Shown here: positions 8,145 through 14,422 of the stretch, in pieces
How positions within the stretch are numbered: the stretch's first letter is position 1
Layout: every line of letters begins with the position of its first letter
Assembly (NCBI GenBank): GCA_001695645.1
Contig: LVZN01000003.1
Coordinates: 1-32,000, forward strand
Direction of reading: 5' to 3'
Length of the DNA stretch: 32,000 nt
DNA from: Erysipelotrichaceae bacterium MTC7
GTDB lineage: Bacteria > Bacillota_I > Bacilli_A > Erysipelotrichales > Erysipelotrichaceae
Made by a program: the position numbers and the translations under genes
Notes under the pieces: model-generated
What the model was told of the DNA's origin: nothing
The model's input: the letters and a program-made list of their open reading frames with translations, nothing else
Databases searched by the model: none

Positions 8145-8552
8145 TTAAAATTTTTTGATTATCTGGTAAAGTAATGCTGATGAAGTGATAACCATAAGAC
8201 AAAATATTCCAACTAAGAAATAACGGTTATCTGGTATAAACATATTTAATGCTATCAGCAATGCTACGACAATGATATTTACAATAATTGCCCATATCAT
8301 TTTTTGGTTGCTTTTTACAACATTTGTACTTTCTTCTAAATGTTCAATCATTTTTTCATCACCCTTTAGCAATTCGTCAAGACTTATAGAATATAGGTTG
8401 CTCAACTCTATTACATTGATAATGTCTGGGTAAGATTTTTCATTTTCCCAGTTTGAAATTGTCTGCCTTGATACATTGATTTTTTCTGCAACATTTTCTT
8501 GTGTCATTCCAGACTGTACTCGTGCATTTTTAAGTTTCTTACCTATTTCCAT
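8145..8552 (-). CDS. Membrane-tethered XRE-family HTH regulator (HTH_3 + 2 TM helices); ICE cargo
   Basis: 135 aa. HTH is GMTQENVAEKINVSRQTISNWENEKSYP. C-terminal TM helices are MIWAIIVNIIVVALLIALNMF and FLVGIFCLMVITSSALLYQII. RBS is AAAGGAGC. Confidence 0.85.
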   Translation of the reverse strand: MEIGKKLKNARVQSGMTQENVAEKINVSRQTISNWENEKSYPDIINVIELSNLYSISLDELLKGDEKMIEHLEESTNVVKSNQKMIWAIIVNIIVVALLIALNMFIPDNRYFLVGIFCLMVITSSALLYQIIKKF

Positions 8553-8680
8553 ATTCCGATTGCTCCTTTCGGTGTCATTGTCATATATTAACCCTCAAAT
8601 GTCTATCCAATATCTTCGACAAATCCTTTTTTTCCTTGTCAAAATTATTTTACATAGCTTAAATACGGCTCTTTTGGCTC

Positions 8681-8706
8681 ATTATACTGTAATTTCAGAG
8701 TATAAT
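8681..8706. promoter_or_regulatory. Inverted repeat overlapping a TATAAT box upstream of the second XRE cargo operon
   Basis: ATTATACT (8681-8688) and AGTATAAT (8699-8706), an 8-bp perfect inverted repeat with a 10-nt spacer. The minus strand reads ...AGTATAAT. A TTGACA lies further downstream on the minus strand. Confidence 0.35.
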
Positions 8707-8719
8707 CTATGACCTAGAT

Positions 8720-9103
8720 TTATTTTTTCGTCTGTCCCTGCGGTACATGGTTCTGTGGATTGCCTGCGTTCTGATTGCCTTTATTCTTCAACACAATATC
8801 CTCTGCCTTTACATACCAGTCCACATCTGCACCACCAAACGTCTTTCTTGATACCGTATCGGCTACGGGATTGACAAGCTCTACAACTGCATTGTACGGA
8901 AATTCCCTTAACGGCACTTCTGGCGGTACGGACACGGGGATAATTCCACCATGCAGACTACATTTCAAGTCATAGATACGCTTTTTAAGCTGGGTACTCG
9001 GTGTCCCGTCCTCATTCTGCATAAACACATCACGCACCGCTGTAAATTTTAATTCGCCAAATGTTTTCTCTTTGTCAATAACAAACCCGTTTGATAATCT
9101 CAT
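8720..9103 (-). CDS. Tn916 Orf22-like protein (DUF961; HelP helicase-processivity-factor family)
   Basis: 127 aa, starting MRLSNGFVIDKEKTFGELKFTAV... It is paired with a paralogue immediately upstream, in the Tn916 orf23-orf22 arrangement. Confidence 0.8.
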   Translation of the reverse strand: MRLSNGFVIDKEKTFGELKFTAVRDVFMQNEDGTPSTQLKKRIYDLKCSLHGGIIPVSVPPEVPLREFPYNAVVELVNPVADTVSRKTFGGADVDWYVKAEDIVLKNKGNQNAGNPQNHVPQGQTKK

Positions 9104-9118
9104 AAATTCTTCACTCCT

Positions 9119-9445
9119 TTACTTTTCTTCAACTGCTACAATATCATCAGCAACTAATACATAATCGGTATGTCCCATATCCCCGATTGCGTAACCTCTG
9201 CCGTACAACTTCGGATTGACAAGTTTTACTTTCTGTTCATACTTGAACTTCTTTTCGCCAGCCTGCACGGGAATTTCCACTACAACATTTTCGCCTTTCT
9301 GTACGTCAGAATAAAGGTTATAGCTTCGTCTGGCTAAGACCCTGCGGTTATTTTTATCTCTTTCAAAGATAGGCTCGCTTTCTCCTGCAAATTCAAGAGT
9401 TCCAAAAGACTGTGCCATATCTGGCACGACATATTTCATTTCCAT
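9119..9445 (-). CDS. Tn916 Orf23-like protein (DUF961; HelP family)
   Basis: 108 aa, starting MEMKYVVPDMAQSFGTLEFAGESEPIF... GAGGT lies 8 nt upstream of the ATG. Confidence 0.8.
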   Translation of the reverse strand: MEMKYVVPDMAQSFGTLEFAGESEPIFERDKNNRRVLARRSYNLYSDVQKGENVVVEIPVQAGEKKFKYEQKVKLVNPKLYGRGYAIGDMGHTDYVLVADDIVAVEEK

Positions 9446-9677
9446 AATGTTTTACCTCGTTTCTTTCTATTTTGATAAATTGATTGTAATTTCTTATTCT
9501 GGCGGTTTGGGAAGTACCAGCAATCCCCCAGATAGTAAAGGGTAAAATCAATGCTTCGCACCCTTGACTATCCGTGTTCTTGCAGGTTGGTGGCAGACAA
9601 GCCAGAATAAGCAAAAGTCTGCCGTTTGACAGCTTCGGCGGAGAGCGTGATTTTTCTTTCATCATACCGTTACCGCC

Positions 9678-12600
9678 TTATGATTTCTTCATTTTACGGC
9701 GTTTGTAAAGATATGTTCCAGCCAGTCCACCAGCAGACGCAAGCAACATCACAAGAAATGCCATTACATTTGTACTGTCGCCCGTTTTGGGACTGTCGCT
9801 CGGTCTGCTCGGCTTTTCTGGTATCTGTGGTGTTTCGGGTTTCTCTGGTTCTTCTGGCTTTTCCTTAAAGGTAATCGTCTGTCCCTTATCCTCAATATCC
9901 TTATGCTCGGTAACTTTCTTCGGCTCGTCTGGATTGCTTAAATCGTACAATTCTTCAAAAGTTACAAGCTGTTTACCGTCAAGAGAAGTAGCGTCAAACG
10001 TAAAAGCAACTTCCACTTTCATAGTTTCGCTGTCAGCAGTAAACGTATAATCATTTTCCACACATTTTCCATTGATAAGAAGTTCTGCATTTTCTTCTTT
10101 CAACATCTGCCAGCCCACAAGTTTGTACTGTGTACCAACTTCTAAGCCCTCTAAGGTTACGGTATCAATGATTGTAACGTTTTTTCCAGCTTCAAGCTCT
10201 TTGTTGCCGTCCTTATTCGTAGCAGTCGTATGAATTTTGATGATACGCTCTGTGATTAAAACGGTCTGCCCGTCGTCCTCAATGTCTTTGTGTTCCGCAA
10301 CTTTCACGGGTTCGTCTGGATTGCTCAAATCATACAATTCTTCAAAGGTAACAAGGTTCTTGCCACCTAAAGCAGACGCATTGAATGTATAGGCAATTTC
10401 CACTTTCATTTCTTCCTCATCAGCGACAAAGGTATAATCATTTTCTGCACGTTTCCCGTCAATGATAAGCTCGGCGTTTTCCTCTTTTAACATCTGCCAG
10501 CCTTTGAGCTGATATTTTGTGCCTTTTGTAAGTCCGTCTAATTTGACAGTATCAACAATCGTAATCTCTTTTCCTGCAAGGATAGTCTTTTCGCCGTCCT
10601 TGCTGGTCGCTGTGGTATGGATAGAGATTTCTTTTTCGTATTCATCAGTCAGCGTTCCTAAATCAATCAAAAGATTATTTCTTGATACCACGATTTCAAA
10701 AGGTGGGATAAGTTCAAAGCCTTTGTTGCTTTCAGAGCGTAATTCCTCAATGACGTAAGTATCGTAAGGTAACGCACCTTTGCTGTCGTCTGGTTCAGAA
10801 GTTCCAAACCACACACCGTCCTCGCTGGTCTTGCCTGCGTTGGTATTGTGCTTATGAGAAGCCCAGTCAGCAGAAGTGGAGAACTGCCCGTTATTGTCAG
10901 TTACCACGATATGACTTTCTCCTGTCGTCTTGCTTGTGATCCTAAAGGGAACATCAGCAAGACGCTTGTGTGTGCCTGCACCGATTTTTACACCCTCAAT
11001 ATCTCCACGCTTAATCTGATTATAGATAGAATGGGCTTTGTCGGTTAAGTCCACGATTTTTCCATTTTCTGTGATTGTAAAATCAATCGGCTTTGCACCG
11101 TCAGTTAAGTAACCGTCGGGAGCTTCACTCTCAACAATACGGAATTTTCCATAAGGTAAGAGGTCAGCAGAAGTAGAAGCGACACCCTCAATATCGGTAC
11201 GAATTGTCTTTACCACTTCATTTTTCTTGTATAGCTTGCCCTCAACCAAAACAGAATTATCATTTAAGGAAATGATGTCAAAAGCAGTATCTTTCAAGGT
11301 TGCACTTCCTTGTGGCTTCATATCGCCCGTTTCTAAATCTCGCTTCTGAATTTTCACACCGCCACGGATAACCTTGTCTGATACGGAAAACTGGTTACTT
11401 CCAGATAATACGGCAAGGTCGTCGTCCTCGGTAATCTGTGTTACATATAAGCCCTTTATCTGTTCGGACTTATCGCCAGCCTGCATATATGCACCCTCTA
11501 ACAAGTAGCCGTTTGGAGCTTTTGTTTCTTCTATGGTTAGTGTCCCAAGTGGAAGAACGGCTTTTCCGTCTTGCATATAGAAGCTGTCGCCAGACACCTT
11601 GTATGCGTCCGCTAATTTTGTGATGTAATGAGTTGTCCCGTAGCTGTCTGTTTCAGCGATTGTCTTTGTAACCCATGTTCGAGTAGCTTCGGCAGGGAGA
11701 TTGTCTTTGTTATAGAAGCCAGCATAATACTTCCATGTAAATTCCGCACCTGCTAAAGAAGCGTTCCCTTGCGGATTGTCTTTCTTTGTTTCCATATCTA
11801 TCTTGAAAAGCTCAATCAAAGTGTCCGTTACTTTTGGCGTATCAGATACGTTCAAAGTCGCCGTCTTTCCAGCTTCAATCTTTAAGGAATATACAGTTTT
11901 ATCTACTTTATATCCTGCTGGTGCGGATAATTCCTTGATATAGACTGTGCCTGCTTTTACCTCTGCAACATCTGTATTTCCGTTTTCATCAGTCGTAAGG
12001 GTGGCAAGCTGTTTCGTGCAGTCCTTATCAGTAAAGACACCATAGGTCGCACCAGCGATTGAGTAATTCCCGTTACCGTCTGTAATGCTGGCATTACTGG
12101 AAGTCTTTTTAAGTTTCGCATTTCCAACATTCAGCTTCGCCCAGAATTGCCCCAATTCCTGCCCCTCGCCAGAGTAGATATAACCGCCACATTCATAGCG
12201 TCCTTTATTTTCTTTGACAAAGGTTCTTGCACCAGAGAAAACTTCGTCCTGCGTTGCCTTTGGAATTTCATCATAAGAAGCTCGCACGTTATCGCATTGC
12301 CAGCCAAGATGTACGCTCAATCTCTGCCAGACTACACATTGTTCCAACAGATAGACTTGCTTGTAGTTCAGTTCCTTGTGAGCTTCGCCATACTGTTTGA
12401 CATACTCTAAGGATAACGCCACATCTGAAATCTGGTTGGCATTCATGCGTGAGCTTGCGTCAGCTCTGGTCTTGTAGCCATTCCTAAAATCTGTGTTAAT
12501 GTCGATACAATAGGCTGTTTTGCCCTCAACTTTCATCATGCCCTCATTGAATGTCGAGCCGATAGAACCGTCATTCATTACTTTTTCAATGATACCGACA

Positions 12601-12722
12601 CGCTCTGCACTTTCTGTCCAGTATTGCTTACTTTCTGCATGAACGGGTGTAGTCGGTAAAGCAGTAACGATAGTTGCAAGAGCTAAGAAGCCCGTACACA
12701 ATCGTTTCAATGTCTTTTTCAT
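9678..12722 (-). CDS. Cell-wall-anchored surface adhesin: candidate thioester domain + Cna-B/SpaA-like domains + two Thr-Gln ester-bond domains, SPKTG sorting signal
   Basis: Signal peptide is MKKTLKRLCTGFLALATIVTALPTTPVHA. ATG at 12722 is preferred because AAAGGAG lies inside the track's 12743 start. The TAYCIDIN and EQCVVWQ motifs are thioester-domain-like. Repeated ExxAPxGY motifs: KELSAPAGY, ETKAPNGY, ESEAPDGY. Two IHTTAT...HKDIEDxGQT domains. C-terminus is SPKTG (9780-9794) followed by a TM helix and KRRKMKKS. Confidence 0.9.
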   Translation of the reverse strand: MKKTLKRLCTGFLALATIVTALPTTPVHAESKQYWTESAERVGIIEKVMNDGSIGSTFNEGMMKVEGKTAYCIDINTDFRNGYKTRADASSRMNANQISDVALSLEYVKQYGEAHKELNYKQVYLLEQCVVWQRLSVHLGWQCDNVRASYDEIPKATQDEVFSGARTFVKENKGRYECGGYIYSGEGQELGQFWAKLNVGNAKLKKTSSNASITDGNGNYSIAGATYGVFTDKDCTKQLATLTTDENGNTDVAEVKAGTVYIKELSAPAGYKVDKTVYSLKIEAGKTATLNVSDTPKVTDTLIELFKIDMETKKDNPQGNASLAGAEFTWKYYAGFYNKDNLPAEATRTWVTKTIAETDSYGTTHYITKLADAYKVSGDSFYMQDGKAVLPLGTLTIEETKAPNGYLLEGAYMQAGDKSEQIKGLYVTQITEDDDLAVLSGSNQFSVSDKVIRGGVKIQKRDLETGDMKPQGSATLKDTAFDIISLNDNSVLVEGKLYKKNEVVKTIRTDIEGVASTSADLLPYGKFRIVESEAPDGYLTDGAKPIDFTITENGKIVDLTDKAHSIYNQIKRGDIEGVKIGAGTHKRLADVPFRITSKTTGESHIVVTDNNGQFSTSADWASHKHNTNAGKTSEDGVWFGTSEPDDSKGALPYDTYVIEELRSESNKGFELIPPFEIVVSRNNLLIDLGTLTDEYEKEISIHTTATSKDGEKTILAGKEITIVDTVKLDGLTKGTKYQLKGWQMLKEENAELIIDGKRAENDYTFVADEEEMKVEIAYTFNASALGGKNLVTFEELYDLSNPDEPVKVAEHKDIEDDGQTVLITERIIKIHTTATNKDGNKELEAGKNVTIIDTVTLEGLEVGTQYKLVGWQMLKEENAELLINGKCVENDYTFTADSETMKVEVAFTFDATSLDGKQLVTFEELYDLSNPDEPKKVTEHKDIEDKGQTITFKEKPEEPEKPETPQIPEKPSRPSDSPKTGDSTNVMAFLVMLLASAGGLAGTYLYKRRKMKKS
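9876..10622 (-). repeat. Tandem duplication (~387-bp unit, two copies) inside the adhesin gene
   Basis: Copy 1 is ~10622-10236 and copy 2 is ~10235-9876. The encoded units are IHTTATSKDGEK...EHKDIEDDGQT and IHTTATNKDGNK...EHKDIEDKGQT, and they share long identical blocks (GWQMLKEENAEL, LVTFEELYDLSNPDEP). Confidence 0.85.
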
Positions 12723-12756
12723 AAATTTTAATACTCCTTTCATTTTTGGTATAAAA

Positions 12757-12782
12757 ATAGACGCTCATTTCTGAACGTCTAT
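12757..12782 (-). terminator. Terminator-like hairpin immediately upstream of the adhesin RBS
   Basis: Minus strand reads ATAGACG-ttcagaaatgag-CGTCTAT followed by TTTTTATACC, ending ~15 nt before AAAGGAG. Confidence 0.35.
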
Positions 12783-13022
12783 AACATACGAGTATCTTGA
12801 TTTCTAGTGATAAATGATTTATAGTTTGTTTGTAATGTTTTCTGATAAATTAAAGCTTTAAATTAGCCTTTGTTGCTAACAACCTGCTAACACTCTACGG
12901 TGTATGAGGGTACACCAGAGAGTATCAACAATTAAACATAACAAGCACTTATGCTTTAATTTACGGCATTAAACGCTCCCAAGAGGATAATCGAACTTCT
13001 AGCTACCACGGTTCGCAGAGAA

Positions 13023-13066
13023 CTCCTAAGGGTGAATTGTGAGTTCGATTCTCGCCGGGGGTGCCA
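13023..13066 (+). other. tRNA 3'-half-like fragment (anticodon loop to CCA, Arg-CCU-like) with no 5' half; probable ICE attachment-site remnant
   Basis: Reads as CTCCTAA (U33, anticodon CCT, A37) / GGGTG / AATT / GTGAG-TTCGATT-CTCGC (T arm) / CGGGGGT / G / CCA. The ~50 nt upstream cannot form the complementary acceptor, D or anticodon-stem strands. Confidence 0.5.
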
Positions 13067-13075
13067 TAAAAAAAT

Positions 13076-13115
13076 AACCGAAAGCTCTCCTATGTTGAGG
13101 CTTTCGGTTTTATTA
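13076..13115 (+). terminator. Rho-independent terminator following the tRNA-like fragment
   Basis: AACCGAAAGC(T)CTC-ctatgtt-GAGGCTTTCGGTT followed by TTATTAT. This is a 13-bp stem with one bulge. Confidence 0.7.
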
Positions 13116-13248
13116 TGCAATAAGAATCTAAATGTCAGTAAGTGAGTGAACGCTTTCTAACTACCATTTGTTTTCGTATATTTTCACTACTTTCTATGAA
13201 TCTAGAAAAGTAAAATCTCTATAAAAGTTGATTATTTAATGAATTTCA

Positions 13249-13602
13249 TCAATTTAAATGTTCAAGCACCAGTTTCCACTCATCATTTAAGAGTTGAAAA
13301 ACATTGGTTGCTTTTCCTCCTCCGGATGTAAATGAACCATTGTGAAAGCCTTCGTAATGGTAATTATAAATATATACTTTTACTTCTTCGTTTTGTACTA
13401 AACAAGTAATATCTGTCGCGTAGTATTTTTCTTCCTTTATAATGTCCCATGCATTTTCAAAATATTCTCTAATTTCTTTAAGACCTACACATGTTTTGTC
13501 AGTAAACTGATATGTTGCAGTATCAGAAATCAATGGAACCAAATTGTCAAAATCGTGTGTATTGGTCGCATGTATATAGTTTTCGATAAGTTTAAATTTC
13601 AT
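13249..13602 (-). CDS. NTF2-fold / SnoaL-like small protein (hypothetical)
   Basis: 117-aa ORF with the size and pattern of SnoaL/DUF4440-type proteins (IENYIHATNTHDFDNLVPLISDTATYQF...WKLVLEHLN). The assignment is by general resemblance only. Confidence 0.5.
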   Translation of the reverse strand: MKFKLIENYIHATNTHDFDNLVPLISDTATYQFTDKTCVGLKEIREYFENAWDIIKEEKYYATDITCLVQNEEVKVYIYNYHYEGFHNGSFTSGGGKATNVFQLLNDEWKLVLEHLN

Positions 13603-13750
13603 TTGTATCTATCCCTTTTTTTTACGAGCACTATGACCGTACCATACTTGGTAAATAATAGTGCAAAGTATTTTGTATAAATCCTGTGACTGTAAACTAG
13701 GAGAAATAGTATGCATAGAAAAAACACCGTCCTAGTAAAACGAATTGTGA

Positions 13751-14098
13751 TCAAACAATATTCTCACCTAATATTATTTTTGGCATCGTAGTTAAACATC
13801 TTGTCCATTTTTTGTAAAACTGTTCTATTCCTAATTTTGAAACTCTTGCGTGAGTTTCTTCATCCTCAACAACCCAGTATAGTACATAGGTCACTTTACC
13901 TACATATCGTGTTAAAGGGATGGGATTTTCACCAGCTTTCACAGCATTAAAGTCTTTTTGCCTGTGAGTACGCTTTATGTACTTTACATCGAAAACACCT
14001 TTTTGTTGCATATAAAATTGTGCAACCTCCTTCATAAGTTGTTCAATTTCATCTTGTTTGTTGATTTTTGCTTCATATATGCATATCTCATTAAACAT
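13751..14098 (-). CDS. Hypothetical protein (~115 aa)
   Basis: ATG at 14098 (MFNEICIYEAK...) is preferred because GGGAG lies 7 nt upstream. No motif was recognised confidently. Confidence 0.5.
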   Translation of the reverse strand: MFNEICIYEAKINKQDEIEQLMKEVAQFYMQQKGVFDVKYIKRTHRQKDFNAVKAGENPIPLTRYVGKVTYVLYWVVEDEETHARVSKLGIEQFYKKWTRCLTTMPKIILGENIV

Positions 14099-14139
14099 AG
14101 TTTTTCTCCCTCGTATAATAATCATTACATATATTATAA

Positions 14140-14385
14140 AGCGCAGTAAATTTTATAGCAACATGGAGAATATTGGACTTACAGTACTCGTATGATCTAG
14201 TTCATGATGCAAATGCAACATTTCTAATTGTGACAAACAATTTCCATGCATATCGAGCAAGTATTCTTGCAAATAAAATTGAAATGCATGCGTATAGTGC
14301 ACCATCGCAAAACCTTATAAACGGTTTTACTGCCAATTATATACGTGAGTATTTCTCTGTCATAAAATCGGTTATATTAGATTAA
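14140..14385 (+). pseudogene. C-terminal remnant of a DUF218 (YdcF/SanA/ElyC-like) gene
   Basis: The frame is open only from 14140 (stop at 14137-14139) and has no ATG or RBS. It encodes ...ATFLIVTNNFHAYRASILA..., matching the conserved xVTxxxHxxRA block found near the C-terminus of DUF218 proteins. The N-terminal ~2/3 is absent. Confidence 0.55.
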
Positions 14386-14419
14386 AAACCAAAACCCTTG
14401 AAATTGGGTTTTGGTTTTT
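14384..14419. terminator. Bidirectional terminator between convergent genes
   Basis: AAAAACCAAAACCC-ttgaaatt-GGGTTTTGGTTTTT, a perfect 14-bp stem with A/T runs on both sides. Confidence 0.75.
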
Positions 14420-14422
14420 ATG

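Larger units (their letters stand above)
1..13038 (-). mobile_element. Partial Tn916/CTn1-family integrative conjugative element (conjugation-module end; int/xis end presumably off-window to the left)
   Basis: Colinear minus-strand homologues of Tn916 Orf16, 17, 18 (ArdA), 19, 20, 21, 22 and 23. GC is visibly higher than in the sequence right of ~13.1 kb. The right boundary is placed where a tRNA 3'-half-like segment begins and is uncertain by tens of bp. Confidence 0.8.

Noticed and set aside
9393-9665. 90-aa minus-strand ORF in the adhesin-orf23 intergenic region
   Set aside because: It has no RBS, overlaps the orf23 start, and has a low-complexity, Cys/Pro-rich unnatural composition. The region is better explained as structured non-coding DNA.
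12723-12743. Track start codon at 12743 for the adhesin (MKGVLKF...)
   Set aside because: The AAAGGAG Shine-Dalgarno lies inside these codons. Starting at 12722 gives a canonical signal peptide (MKKTLKRL...). Seven codons of uncertainty remain.
12780-13066. A complete tRNA or a tmRNA (ssrA) gene ending at 13066
   Set aside because: Only the 3' ~44 nt fold like a tRNA. No upstream segment pairs with acceptor strand CGGGGGT or anticodon-stem strand GGGTG, and there is no D arm with GG. The G-rich 3' acceptor strand and G73 do not fit tmRNA, which needs a 5' GGGG... strand, G3:U70 and ACCA. A tmRNA 5' end would also fall inside the adhesin gene.
13710-13790. 26-aa plus-strand micro-ORF (MHRKNTVLVKRIVIKQYSHLILFLAS) with an AGGAG RBS
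   Set aside because: It converges into and overlaps the 3' end of 13751-14098. There is no supporting conservation signal and it is too short to support from sequence alone.
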